This document shows, in pieces, positions 30,130 through 42,069 of a stretch of DNA of 64,000 bases; position 1 is the stretch's first letter, and every line of letters begins with the position of its first letter. The notes below the pieces were generated by a model that searched no databases, was not told the origin of the DNA, and saw only the letters and a program-made list of their open reading frames with translations. Where the stretch lies: contig JBGAGQ010000014.1 of assembly GCA_044226625.1 (NCBI GenBank), forward strand, positions 1 to 64,000. Reading direction: 5' to 3'. This DNA is from Thermoanaerobaculia bacterium (lineage in GTDB: Bacteria > Acidobacteriota > Thermoanaerobaculia > Multivoradales > UBA5704). Position numbers and translations under genes: made by a program.

Positions 30130-32091
30130 TTGGTGAGCCTTCAGCCTTTCGCCGAGATCGCGGCGGAAATCGAACTTGCCGTCCTCGAGCAGGGAGCTCT
30201 CACCAAGGCCGAAATCTTCGAAGCCTGGGATGTGGACGAAGATGTGTATAGGCAGCTTCAGGAATCATTCGCCCGGAATTCGGAAATCGAACCGGGTCCG
30301 CCGGGAAAGGGTGGTTTCAAGGCTCGGCTGAGACGGAGCCGGATTCCCGAAGAGGTCGAAGCGGAACCGATATGGGTGAGGGAAGGCTGGGAGGACCTTG
30401 CGGTCGAACGCCTCGTCGCTCTGCTCAATCACGCAACGCTAGAGAAGCTCCTGGAGGACCTTCTCTACACGATTCGGCAGGTGCGGAAGGAGATCGAAGG
30501 CGCAGATCGGCGTGGAACGAAACGAGAGTTGGCGACCGCTCTCGTCCTTCGTCATGGCGTCGACCTCCTAGCTTCCTTCGCCGTACGCGAGGCGCTTGGC
30601 CGGGCCGTCGGAGTCGACTGCCCCCGCCGATGGCACCCGGGCAAGGCGACCGCTAGCGATTTCGTCCTTCGGTTGGGTTTCCCTCCGGAGCTCGCGGGCA
30701 TCCCGGCTCCTGAAACGCTCCCCGACCTCGAGTTTCTCGAAGGGCGTTTCAAGCTCGCACCGCTTGCGGACTTTCAAAAAGAAGTCCAGCGCGGCATCCT
30801 GGAAACGCTTCAAGAGCCTCTCGGACGTCGATGCCTGGTGACTCTTCCGACCGGCGGAGGAAAGACCCGCGTAGCGGTCGAAAGCATCGCATGTTGGCTC
30901 CCGGATCATTACGACCGAGAGAAGGAGCGAGCCCATCAAGGGGCGGTTCTCTGGCTCGCCCACACCGAAGAGCTCTGCGAACAGGCGTGCGCCTGTTTCA
31001 AACAGGTATGGGAAGCGTCCGAGCACGTCTGCCCGATGGCTCTCATCCGCTTCTGGGGCGATCACCTCAAAGATCTGCTTGCCCACCAGAGCACCCTTCT
31101 GCAAGTGCTCTCCCGGCCGAACGTCGTGGTGACGACGCCTCAACGTCTGGTGAACCTGCTCGACGGTCGGGCGCAAGGAGGGGCGAGGCTACTGCGCGAG
31201 CTGGTACCTGCCCTGGGTCTGATCGTGATCGACGAAGCGCACCGTGCGGCGGCGCCCTCGTATCGCCGAATACTGAGCGACTTGGCGTCAGGGCGGAGCG
31301 TCTCGGTGGTCGGCCTCACCGCCACGCCGTTTCGCATGGAGTATCTAGGAGACGATCCCGAGGAGGGGACCCGCGAGCTTCGGGCGGTGTTCGACCGCTT
31401 GATCGAACCGCGTGACAAACTGGGGGACGACCCGCGCCGGAGGCTTCAGGAGATGGGAGTGCTCGCGCGGCCGGAGTTCGACACGATCCACACCCCGACG
31501 ACGATTCGGCTCCCCGACCCCTTGGTTTCGGATTTTCTCACCGAGGAGCAGTTGGATCGCTTGGACCGGATGCTCGCCATCCGGACGGACAATACTTCGC
31601 GCCGCTTGGCCATTCTGGAGCGACTTTTGCCTCTCGCCCAGGACCCCAATCATTCGGTTCTCTATTTCGGTCCAAGCGTTCGCGACGCCGAATGCATGGC
31701 GTTTCTTCTACGCCAGCGGGGGATTGCGGCTGCGGTCATCTCGGGGGACACCCGGGACGTGACGAGGCGGCAGGTCGTGGCTGAGTTCAAAGAAGGCGTG
31801 CTCCGCGTCCTGTGCAACTGCGAGGTTCTGACCACGGGGTTCGATGCCCCGCGGGTAACCCATGTGGTGATGGCTCGCCCGACGGTGTCCCGCGTTCTGT
31901 ATGAGCAGATCGTTGGCCGAGGATTGCGCGGTCCAAAGTTCGGCGGGACGGCGACCTGCGCGATCCTCGACTGTGAGGACAACTTTCGTGGCGCTCGGCC
32001 GCAGCTTGGCTACGAGGCGTTCCGAAAGGTCTGGTTCGATCGGCGCCGTGGGCGTCCGCCCAAGGCGACCGATTCCGCCCGAGAAACCTAG
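30130..32091 (+). CDS. SF2 DEAD/DEAH-box helicase (type III restriction Res-like)
   Basis: LPTGGGKT, DEAH, GLTATP, LTTGFDAP, QIVGRGLRG. Confidence 0.9.
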   Translation: MVSLQPFAEIAAEIELAVLEQGALTKAEIFEAWDVDEDVYRQLQESFARNSEIEPGPPGKGGFKARLRRSRIPEEVEAEPIWVREGWEDLAVERLVALLNHATLEKLLEDLLYTIRQVRKEIEGADRRGTKRELATALVLRHGVDLLASFAVREALGRAVGVDCPRRWHPGKATASDFVLRLGFPPELAGIPAPETLPDLEFLEGRFKLAPLADFQKEVQRGILETLQEPLGRRCLVTLPTGGGKTRVAVESIACWLPDHYDREKERAHQGAVLWLAHTEELCEQACACFKQVWEASEHVCPMALIRFWGDHLKDLLAHQSTLLQVLSRPNVVVTTPQRLVNLLDGRAQGGARLLRELVPALGLIVIDEAHRAAAPSYRRILSDLASGRSVSVVGLTATPFRMEYLGDDPEEGTRELRAVFDRLIEPRDKLGDDPRRRLQEMGVLARPEFDTIHTPTTIRLPDPLVSDFLTEEQLDRLDRMLAIRTDNTSRRLAILERLLPLAQDPNHSVLYFGPSVRDAECMAFLLRQRGIAAAVISGDTRDVTRRQVVAEFKEGVLRVLCNCEVLTTGFDAPRVTHVVMARPTVSRVLYEQIVGRGLRGPKFGGTATCAILDCEDNFRGARPQLGYEAFRKVWFDRRRGRPPKATDSARET

Positions 32092-33518
32092 CTGATCGCG
32101 TCCCGCTCGCGCTGCGCGAGCTTCTTTGCCAGACGGGTCCGTTCCTTCTGATAGGCCGGGTCGTAGGCGAGGTTATTCACTTCGTTCGGATCGTTCTCCA
32201 GATCGTACAGCTCGAATTCCTCCGGATAGGAGCCGTTCGCGTCGAAGTAGCGGGCGTATTTCCACCGGGTCTCGCGAATGCAACGGATGCGGTTCGCCGC
32301 GCGCACAGCGCTCGGATTGCTCGGGAATCCGGCCCGTACGTCGTCGAAGGTGAAGTAGAGATCGCCTCCTCCCGTCCCGCGGTCGGGGTTCGCGAGCTGG
32401 GGCGCGAACGAAGTTCCTTTGGCGCCCGCGGGCGGCGCGACGCCGCAGAGGTCGGAGATCGTGGGGAGAACGTCGATCAACGAGACCATGCGATCCGTGG
32501 CCTTCGCCTCAGGGAAGAGGAGGGGGTTCGAGACGACCAGCGGGATCCGGATCGTCTCCTCGTAGACGTTGAACGCCTTTTGACGCAGGCCGCCGTGGGC
32601 GAGCCCCATCTCGCCGTGGTCGGCGGTGCGAAGGACCACCGTGTTCTTCCCCAGCTCGGTCGGCTCGCCGTTTTCGTCATAGAGCAGGTCGAGAATCGGA
32701 TCGAGCTGACCGTCGATCTGCGCGACCAGATTGGCGTAGAAGTTGACGTAGTCGAGCTTGCGCTGCTTGGTTCCCAGCAGGCCGAGGCCGAATGCCGCGG
32801 TCGGGACGAGCTGCGACTGGGCGGTCGGTTTCCGGTTCGCGCGTAGGTTCTCGTTCCAGGTCGGGGGTAGCTTGACATCTCCGGCAAGGTCGGCGTCCGA
32901 ATAACCGAACGTATAGCTCTGAGGATACGAGAGCACGTCGTGCGGATTGACCAGCGAGAGCGTGAGGCAGAACGGCCGGTTCGGATCGGCGCTGCGCAGG
33001 AAGTCCACCGTCTGATCGATGTAGCGTTGATCGTGCGCGGCATAGCCACCGCCGAAATTCCGCACGTCGGTGTCCTCACCCGCATCGGGCGGCACCCATC
33101 CTTCGAAGCCGTAGATCGAGATCCCTTCCTGGAGCAGGCTGTTCTCGCCGTCCGGCCCTTTGACCAAATGAAATTTTCCGCGGTAGGGCACGCGGTAGCC
33201 CGCGGGGCGGAGCGTAGTGGCGAGATTGGGAATCGTCGGATCGAGCTCGTTTTCGGTCGGCGAGAATTTTCCGTTGTAGGTGAGCGTGTCCATCACCTGA
33301 TGCTGCGCGGGGTAGAGGCTGGTGAAGAGCGTGCTCCGGCTCGGGCTGCACATACAGGCGTTGCAAAAGGCGCGAGTAAACGAGAGCCCATGCTTCTTGA
33401 GCCGCGTGAGATTCTTCAATCGCCGCGCCTCCCAGCCGGGTGGGAAATGCTGGGTCGCGCGTTCCTGGTCGGTGATCAGGAGGATGACGTTCGGGCGAGC
33501 GGGGAGCGGACTCTTCAT
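32088..33518 (-). CDS. Cys-type sulfatase
   Basis: PNVILLITDQ, CSPSR (CxPxR), GKFHL, NPHD, ADHGE, ELYDLENDPNE. Confidence 0.92.
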   Translation of the reverse strand: MKSPLPARPNVILLITDQERATQHFPPGWEARRLKNLTRLKKHGLSFTRAFCNACMCSPSRSTLFTSLYPAQHQVMDTLTYNGKFSPTENELDPTIPNLATTLRPAGYRVPYRGKFHLVKGPDGENSLLQEGISIYGFEGWVPPDAGEDTDVRNFGGGYAAHDQRYIDQTVDFLRSADPNRPFCLTLSLVNPHDVLSYPQSYTFGYSDADLAGDVKLPPTWNENLRANRKPTAQSQLVPTAAFGLGLLGTKQRKLDYVNFYANLVAQIDGQLDPILDLLYDENGEPTELGKNTVVLRTADHGEMGLAHGGLRQKAFNVYEETIRIPLVVSNPLLFPEAKATDRMVSLIDVLPTISDLCGVAPPAGAKGTSFAPQLANPDRGTGGGDLYFTFDDVRAGFPSNPSAVRAANRIRCIRETRWKYARYFDANGSYPEEFELYDLENDPNEVNNLAYDPAYQKERTRLAKKLAQRERDAIS

Positions 33519-33659
33519 CGCGATTCTCCTCGATGGGAAACAGACAGGGTTTGGACGGGTGTCGGGATCGTACAGGATCCACCGATCGGGCTTGAGGAGA
33601 GACGAGACACCGGGGACCCGCCGTAGCGGGCCCCCGAGGGCACGGGATGCGTCGCCGCG

Positions 33660-35369
33660 CTACTCCGCGCCGGTGACCGAGGCGGCGGACGGCGCGTACT
33701 CGATGGCCGGCTGCTCGGTCGCGAGGAGACCGGTCTTTCTCCGGAGCAACGAGATCACGTGGTCGGCGGAGAGGAGGGCGCCCTCCATCCAGCCGGGCAG
33801 ATACGACATCTGATCCCCGGCGACGAAGAATCGCTGGTCGGGGAGTAGGAGACGCGCGTAAGCTTTCTTGTGGGCCTCGTTGCTACGGTTCCAATCGGCC
33901 CACCCCCCTTCGAGGAACGGCACCTGCTGCCAGGCGATCGACAGGCCGCCCGATTTCGGAACGAATTCACGGAACCGGGGGTGTAGCCGTTCGCCGCCGC
34001 GGAGCGCTTCCTCCAACCGATCGTCGAGCGACAGGTTGCCGAACCACTCGGCGGTCTTCTTGGTCGAGGAATCGTAGTTGTAGGTGCCCGTGAGCACCGC
34101 GCGCCCCTTCGAGAAGAATCCCGACGAGGGATACCAGACCTGGGTGACCGGATGGTCGATCCAGCTGATCCCGCCGAAGATTCGATCGCCGTCGAGGTCC
34201 TCCCAGAATCGCCGCTCGGCCTGCCAGCCCACCTTGCAGGTATTGGCGAGGGGAACGGTACCCACGGCGTCGAGGAACGCGGGCTCGAACGTCGATTTCT
34301 CGAGCGCCTTGGTGAGCAGCCGAAGCGGGATGGTGCTGATGCAATAGTCGGCCCGATGCAGCTTGCCGTCCGCGGTGCGTACCACCACTCCGTTGGCCCC
34401 GTTTTGAACGTTGACGACCACGGCTTGCCGAAGGATCGTCGCGTCGCCGCCCACCGCGATGGCCAACGCGTCGACGATCTTCCGCATGCCGCCGACCGGC
34501 TCGAAGAGAGTGGTCTGCCACTCGTAATCCTCGGCCTGATAGAAGCGGTGCTCCCAGAATCGGGAGCCAAACAACGCGCCACGGTCGAGCTTCGCTTCGA
34601 GCACGCCGGGCGTGACGACGCCGGGCTCCTTCACGTAGCCGCTCCGCGGGGAGCCGTTGTATTGGCGGGTGGCGCTGTCGATCTTGCCGAATGTGACCAG
34701 CAGGGAGCGAAGCTCCGCCCGCTGCTTTTCTGGGATCTCGTCGTCGAGGCACTTCTTGTCGATCGCTTTGTCGAGCAACTCGGCGATGTAACCGCGGGTG
34801 TCGTTCGCGATCCTCCGGTTTGCGATCGAAGCGCGATCGAAGGAGATGTCGGTCTGGAAGCGGTTTGCCCGCGTCTCCATGATGTAGGGCTCGAGGGCGA
34901 CCCCCAGCTCTGCGCAGAGCCCGAGCAGCGTAGTGTGATGGTAGGGGATGCGGCCGCATCCCGCTTCGAAATAGAGCCCCCGGTCATAGCGGCAGACCTG
35001 ATCCGGACGATCCTTCTGCCGGATCACGTCGCGCTTCTCCGTGGGGTCGCTGTTGACCGTGAAATTGCGGCCCCCGATGCGATCCGAGGCCTCGAGAACG
35101 CGAACCTGGAAGCCGGCTTTCTTCAAGCGGTAGGCGGCGCCCAAACCGCCCACCCCGGCGCCCAGGATCAGGACCGAGCGGTTCTCTCCTTCATCCCGAC
35201 CCAGCTCGAGCGGCGCGGTGCGGCCCGGCGTGGGCATCATCCCCATCGCGACCATGGTCTCGTAGACCGCTGAAGCCCCGCCGACCGCTCCTACCATCTC
35301 TAGGAATCGCCTGCGGGTGAAAGGTCCTGCCGGTCTGCTCTCGTTGCCGCCTTCGCCGTTCTCGCTCAT
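33660..35369 (-). CDS. Flavin monoamine oxidase / L-amino acid oxidase family
   Basis: GAGVGG, EASDRIGGR, FEPVGGM, GDQMSYLPGWMEGA; N-terminal TRRRFL. Confidence 0.9.
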   Translation of the reverse strand: MSENGEGGNESRPAGPFTRRRFLEMVGAVGGASAVYETMVAMGMMPTPGRTAPLELGRDEGENRSVLILGAGVGGLGAAYRLKKAGFQVRVLEASDRIGGRNFTVNSDPTEKRDVIRQKDRPDQVCRYDRGLYFEAGCGRIPYHHTTLLGLCAELGVALEPYIMETRANRFQTDISFDRASIANRRIANDTRGYIAELLDKAIDKKCLDDEIPEKQRAELRSLLVTFGKIDSATRQYNGSPRSGYVKEPGVVTPGVLEAKLDRGALFGSRFWEHRFYQAEDYEWQTTLFEPVGGMRKIVDALAIAVGGDATILRQAVVVNVQNGANGVVVRTADGKLHRADYCISTIPLRLLTKALEKSTFEPAFLDAVGTVPLANTCKVGWQAERRFWEDLDGDRIFGGISWIDHPVTQVWYPSSGFFSKGRAVLTGTYNYDSSTKKTAEWFGNLSLDDRLEEALRGGERLHPRFREFVPKSGGLSIAWQQVPFLEGGWADWNRSNEAHKKAYARLLLPDQRFFVAGDQMSYLPGWMEGALLSADHVISLLRRKTGLLATEQPAIEYAPSAASVTGAE

Positions 35370-35557
35370 GCCGTTCTCCTTGGACGGTGACGCATGGAGG
35401 AATCCGCTCCGAGCCCGAACAACAGGCGTTGGAGGGAGGGGCTGGCGCTTGGATGATGGTGGCGAGAAAGCTAACGCACTTCGGAAGGGAAGTGGGAGTG
35501 CAAACCGAGGTTAGCGGGGGCGCCTTGACCCCGACGCGACCTCGCCGTGACTTCCGA

Positions 35558-35908
35558 TTAGCTCCGCAGGATTTTTTCCATCGCCTTGCCCTTTGCGAGC
35601 TCGTCGATCAACTTGTCCAAGTAGCGGATTTTCCGCATCAGCGGGTCCTCGATCTCTTCGACCCGATAGCCGCAGATGACGCCGGTGATCTTCGAGACGT
35701 TCGGGTTGAGCCGAGGGGCCTCGGCGAAGAAGGTCTCGAAACTGACCTTCGCTTCGATCTGCCGTTCGAGCGTCGGCTGGTCGTAGCCCGTGAGCCAGCG
35801 GATGATCTCGTGGAGCTCCTCTCTCGTGCGCCCCTTCTTTTCCGCCTTCTGAACGTAGTGGGGATAGACGCTCGCGAACGCCATTCGGAAGACTCTCGTG
35901 TTGTCCAC
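35558..35908 (-). CDS. DUF2200 family protein
   Basis: [51 protein letters not shown]. Confidence 0.9.
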   Translation of the reverse strand: MDNTRVFRMAFASVYPHYVQKAEKKGRTREELHEIIRWLTGYDQPTLERQIEAKVSFETFFAEAPRLNPNVSKITGVICGYRVEEIEDPLMRKIRYLDKLIDELAKGKAMEKILRS

Positions 35909-35930
35909 TGCGATCCTCGCTTTCCGCGTT

Positions 35931-36776
35931 TCAGGTCGGCTGTCGCTTCCATCGCCGATGTACCCACACCCATTGCTCCGGCACCTTTCGGATCTGGCGC
36001 TCGATTTCCACCGTCATCGCGGCGGTTGCCTCGGTCGGATCGTCGGGCAGCGCCATTTCCGGATGGACCGTCGCGCGATGGCTGCCGTCGGCGAGGCGCT
36101 CGATGAAGGTGGGGAAGACGGCGGCCTTCTGTTTGATCGCGATCTTCGCCGCACCAACCGGGGTGAACGCCGGGCGGCCGAAGAACGGCACCCACGTTCC
36201 TTCGACCTGTGTGTCCTGATCGATCAGCAGCCCGAGCGCGGTGCCTTTGCGGAGCGCTCCAAGCAGTTGGCGCGCGGCGCCGTCGCTGCCTCGTTCGATC
36301 GTCGCGGTGCCGAAGCGGGCTCGTAGGCCGGCGAGCATCTTTTGGAGCCCGGGCTCGTCGAGCGAGCGGGCCACGGCGGCGAGGGGCAGACCGTGGACCG
36401 AGAGGGCCGCGGCGAGCACCTCCCAGTTGCCGCAGTGTCCGGTAAGGATGACGATCGGCCGGCCGGCCGTGCGGGCTGCTTCGAGAAGCGGCCAGCCTTC
36501 GAGCACGACCTGGGATTTCAAGCTCTCCGCGTCGCGGCGAAGCAGGTGGAGGCACTCTCCGAGGGTCACGCCGAGATGGCGGAACGACGCGCGCGCCAGC
36601 ATTCTCCGCTCCTCGGCCGGCAGGTCGGGAAACGCGATCTGCCAAGCGAAAAGCCCGAACCCGGCGCCGAAACGTTGGGCGACGCGCCACGAGAGGCGCC
36701 CCCAGGTGCTGGCGAGCGCGCCGACCGCGAAAGCGAGCGCGCGGTCGTGCCAAAGGTTCTTTGGATCGCGGGGCAC
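35931..36776 (-). CDS. lpxL: Lipid A lauroyl/lysophospholipid acyltransferase (LpxL/HtrB family)
   Basis: [32 protein letters not shown]; last gene of the Kdo cluster. Confidence 0.85.
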   Translation of the reverse strand: MPRDPKNLWHDRALAFAVGALASTWGRLSWRVAQRFGAGFGLFAWQIAFPDLPAEERRMLARASFRHLGVTLGECLHLLRRDAESLKSQVVLEGWPLLEAARTAGRPIVILTGHCGNWEVLAAALSVHGLPLAAVARSLDEPGLQKMLAGLRARFGTATIERGSDGAARQLLGALRKGTALGLLIDQDTQVEGTWVPFFGRPAFTPVGAAKIAIKQKAAVFPTFIERLADGSHRATVHPEMALPDDPTEATAAMTVEIERQIRKVPEQWVWVHRRWKRQPT

Positions 36777-36846
36777 GACGGGGGCCTAGCTCGCTATGCC
36801 CGAAGATCCTTCCAAAGGAAGGATCGCAGGACGGGGAGTCATTACC

Positions 36847-37404
36847 TCAACGCCCTGCCTCGACGAATCGCTCGACGATCACGTCCCATTCTCCCCGGGC
36901 GCGCAGGATCGCCTCGATCATCTCGCGCACCGCGCCGCGTCCGCCGGTGCGAGAGAGGACCCGATGGGCACGGGCGCGTACTTCCGGAGCGGCGTCCGCG
37001 GGCGCGAAGCTCAAGGCGGCTCGAGCGAGGAGCGGGAGGTCGGGGAGGTCGTCGCCGATCACCGCGACCGCATCGGCCGTGGTGCCCTGCGCGGCGAGAA
37101 ACTCGCCGAACGCCTCGCGTTTGTCGGAGCGGTTCTGGACGAAGGCGTCGAGCCCAAGCTCTCGCGAGCGGGCGACCAGCGCCGCGCTTGCGCGGCCCGA
37201 GAGGATACCGACCTTGAGGCCCGCCCCCTGCGCCAGCTTGATGCCGAGCCCGTCGCGCACGTCGAACGTTTTGAGCTGCTCGCCTTTCGGTCCGAAGAGC
37301 AGGCTACCGTCGGTGAGCACTCCGTCGACGTCCAGGAGCAGCCAGGCGAGTCGCCGAGCGCGCCGTTCGAGCTCCGCGTCGTCGAGGGGAACCGGCGGAA
37401 CCAT
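36847..37404 (-). CDS. kdsC: KDO 8-phosphate phosphatase
   Basis: DVDGVLTDG, FDVRDGLG, IGDDLPD, GGRGAVRE. Confidence 0.93.
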   Translation of the reverse strand: MVPPVPLDDAELERRARRLAWLLLDVDGVLTDGSLLFGPKGEQLKTFDVRDGLGIKLAQGAGLKVGILSGRASAALVARSRELGLDAFVQNRSDKREAFGEFLAAQGTTADAVAVIGDDLPDLPLLARAALSFAPADAAPEVRARAHRVLSRTGGRGAVREMIEAILRARGEWDVIVERFVEAGR

Positions 37405-38372
37405 CAGAAAAGCTCCAGACCCCAAAGGTCGTGGAGGTGGACGATGCCGACCGGTCGCCCGTCGGGACCGCAGACGAAGAGCGAGGTGATCCGCCGCTCC
37501 TCCATCTCGTGGAGCGCCGCGGCGGCGAGCTCCTCGGGCGCAATCGTCTTCGGATCCGCGTTCATACAGTCGCCGGCCGAACGGCCGAGGGGGGAATCGT
37601 CGTTCGCGAGCAGACGGCGCAGGTCTCCGTCCGAGATGCATCCGATGAGCTTGCCCCCGTCGTCGACCACCGCCGTGATGCCCAGGCCCTTCTTCGACAT
37701 CTCGTAGATCGCGTCGCGCATCGGCGTGTCGATCCGGACCGCCGGCAACGCCGCGCCGGTGTGCATCAACTGCTCGACCTTCATCAGCCGTTTGCCGAGC
37801 TGTCCGGCCGGATGGAGCTTGGCGAAATCCTCACGGGTGAATCCCTTCGCCTCGATCAGCGCCATGGCGAGTGCGTCGCCCATGGCGAGCGTGGCCGTAG
37901 TGGACGCCGTGGGCGCGAGGTCGAGCGGACAGGCTTCGCGATCGATCGCTACGGACAGGTGCAAATCGGCATGGCGGGCGAGCGGGCTTTCCCTGTTGCC
38001 GGTGATCGCGATCAGCCCAACGCCCAGACGCTTGAGCGTTTCGACGAGCCGCAGCAGCTCGTCCGTCGTTCCCGAGGACGAGGCGGCGAGGACGACGTCG
38101 CCCGGGACGATCATGCCGAGATCGCCGTGCACCGCCTCGGCCGGATGGAGGAAGAACGAGGGCGTGCCGGTCGAGGCGAGCGTCGCCGCGACCTTCTTCA
38201 TAATGTGCCCGCTCTTGCCCATTCCGGTGCAGATCACCCGCCCGGCCGAAGTGGCGAGCAGGGCGACCGCCGCGTCGAACGCGGAATCGAGCTGGTCGGA
38301 CAGGGCTCGGATCGCGGCAGCCTCGGTGGCGAAAACCTCCTCGGCGACCTGGCGCGGGGTGCGCGCCGTCAC
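37404..38372 (-). CDS. kdsD: Arabinose-5-phosphate isomerase (KpsF/GutQ)
   Basis: GMGKSGH, ASTGTPSFFLHPAEAVHGDLG, APTAST, HPAGQLG, CBS pair. Confidence 0.95.
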   Translation of the reverse strand: MTARTPRQVAEEVFATEAAAIRALSDQLDSAFDAAVALLATSAGRVICTGMGKSGHIMKKVAATLASTGTPSFFLHPAEAVHGDLGMIVPGDVVLAASSSGTTDELLRLVETLKRLGVGLIAITGNRESPLARHADLHLSVAIDREACPLDLAPTASTTATLAMGDALAMALIEAKGFTREDFAKLHPAGQLGKRLMKVEQLMHTGAALPAVRIDTPMRDAIYEMSKKGLGITAVVDDGGKLIGCISDGDLRRLLANDDSPLGRSAGDCMNADPKTIAPEELAAAALHEMEERRITSLFVCGPDGRPVGIVHLHDLWGLELF

Positions 38373-39208
38373 GCGCTCTCCTCCGTCGAGACCGCCGCGA
38401 GGGCGCGCCGGACCGCGAGGAGAGAGGCGAGCAGCTGTTCGGCGCGCTCGGGATCGAGCTGCACGGCGGCGTCGGATAGCGCCCGTTCGGGATCCGGATG
38501 GATCTCCAGGAAGACGCCGTCCGCTCCAGCGGCGACTGCGGCGCGCGCGAGCGGCTCGGCGAACCGGCGGAGGCCGCCGCTCTGCTCGCCGCCTCCGGGC
38601 ATCTGGAGCGAGTGGGTGACGTCGTAGATCACCGCGAGTCCGTCGTCCTGCATCCAGGCGAAGCTCCGCATGTCGACCACCAGGTTGTGATAGCCGAAGG
38701 AGGTACCCCGCTCGGTGACGGTGATCCGGTCGTTGCCCGTGCTCCGCGCCTTGTCGACGATCCGTCGGAGATCGTCGGGCGCCATGAACTGCCCCTTTTT
38801 GAGATTCACCGACCGGCCGGTCGCCGCGGCCGCCACCACGAGGTCGGTCTGACGACAGAGGAACGCCGGGATTTGCAGAACGTCGCAGACCTCCGCGGCC
38901 GGACCGCAGTGATGAACCTCGTGCACGTCCGTCAACAGCGGAAGCCCCGTCTCGCGCTTCACCGCCGAAAGCCAGCGGAGCCCCACCTCGAGCCCCGGCC
39001 CCCGCGGGCTCCCCAGCGAGCTGCGGTTTGCCTTGTCGAACGATGACTTGAAGATAAGACCGATCCCGAGCCGGCGGGCCATCTCGGCGAGGCGGTGGCC
39101 CATCTCGAGCGCCAGCCCTTCGGATTCGAGCATGCAGGGGCCGGCGATGACCGGAAGTTGAACGGGATCGCCGCCGATCGGCACTCCCGGTGCGAGATCG
39201 AACGACAT
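38369..39208 (-). CDS. kdsA: KDO 8-phosphate synthase
   Basis: IAGPC, FKSSFDKANRSS, QIPAFLCRQTDL, KKGQF, ERGTSFGY; ATG 39208 (alternative TTG 39256). Confidence 0.96.
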   Translation of the reverse strand: MSFDLAPGVPIGGDPVQLPVIAGPCMLESEGLALEMGHRLAEMARRLGIGLIFKSSFDKANRSSLGSPRGPGLEVGLRWLSAVKRETGLPLLTDVHEVHHCGPAAEVCDVLQIPAFLCRQTDLVVAAAATGRSVNLKKGQFMAPDDLRRIVDKARSTGNDRITVTERGTSFGYHNLVVDMRSFAWMQDDGLAVIYDVTHSLQMPGGGEQSGGLRRFAEPLARAAVAAGADGVFLEIHPDPERALSDAAVQLDPERAEQLLASLLAVRRALAAVSTEESA

Positions 39209-39257
39209 CCGAGCGCTCGACGGATCCGCCGGTTGACCCCCCGGATGGGCCGCCAAA

Positions 39258-41057
<1,800 letters not shown>

Positions 41058-41176
41058 TCAATCCGAGGTTTGGGCCGAGCGATGGGCCGAGATTTCGCGC
41101 AGGGCAAGCCGATGCCCGGGAAGGCGGCTCTCTGCGGAAGCTGTTCGGGTGGGGGCGAAGTAGCGTTGCACATCCA

Positions 41177-41206
41177 AAGCTAGCCCGCCCGGGTGGAGGC
41201 TGTCAA
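41177..41206 (-). promoter_or_regulatory. Sigma70-type promoter for pyrG
   Basis: Minus strand TTGACA (41206-41201), 18-nt spacer, TAGCTT (41182-41177). Confidence 0.55.
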
Positions 41207-41325
41207 CGTACGCGCCGGTCCGGAGCTGGCATCGATGCGGTTTGACCCGCGGGGGCAGCTGGCAGCGCCGCGGGCGCGCACCCGAGGGAGCCAACCGGGC
41301 TCAACCGGAGTGAGCGTCGCCAGCC

Positions 41326-42069
41326 CTAACCGGCCGCGAGGCGCCGCTCGACTTCCGCGAGGTCCTCGGCCGTGTCGACCCCGATCGAGGTCTCGCGGGT
41401 TTCGAGCACCCGGATCGGCAGGCCGTTCTCGAGCGCCCGGAGCTGTTCGAGCGATTCGGTTCGCTCGAGGGCGGTGGGGGCGAGGGCGGCGAAGTCGAGC
41501 AGCGCCTGCCGCTGGTAGCCGTAGATGCCGAGATGCTTGAGCGGCGTCCATCCCCCCTCGCCGCGCGGAAACGGGATGTGCGAGCGAGAGAAGTAGAGCG
41601 CTTGGCCCGTCCGGTCGAGCACCACCTTCACCGCGTTCGGATTGTCGAGCTCGTCCTCGGCGGCCTTCACCGCGAGCGTGACGATCGGGTCGCCCGGATG
41701 GCTCGCCAGGTGCTCGGCCACCTGGGTGACCGCGCCGGGATCGATCATCGGCTCGTCTCCCTGGATGTTGATCACCCCGGAAGCGCTCCAATTCCGGGCC
41801 GCCCAGGCGATCCGGTCGGTGCCGCTGGTGCAGCTCTCCGGGGTCATCTCCACCTCGCCGCCGAACCCTCGGACCACCAACGCGATCCGCTCGTCGTCGG
41901 TGAGGACGACGACCCGGGAAAGCCCGCTGGCTCGCGCGACCCGCTCGTAGACGTGCTGGACCATCGGCCGCCCGAGGATCGGGGCGAGCGCTTTGGCCGG
42001 CAGCCGGGTCGAGCCGTACCGGGCGGGGATGGCGCCGACGATTTCAATCGAAGAGGAGGTCTCGGTCAT
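41326..42069 (-). CDS. kdsB: 3-deoxy-manno-octulosonate cytidylyltransferase
   Basis: IPARYGSTRLPAK, SGTDR, NIQGDEP, ALYFSRS, HLGIYGY, ESLEQLRALE, VDTAEDL. Confidence 0.96.
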   Translation of the reverse strand: MTETSSSIEIVGAIPARYGSTRLPAKALAPILGRPMVQHVYERVARASGLSRVVVLTDDERIALVVRGFGGEVEMTPESCTSGTDRIAWAARNWSASGVINIQGDEPMIDPGAVTQVAEHLASHPGDPIVTLAVKAAEDELDNPNAVKVVLDRTGQALYFSRSHIPFPRGEGGWTPLKHLGIYGYQRQALLDFAALAPTALERTESLEQLRALENGLPIRVLETRETSIGVDTAEDLAEVERRLAAG

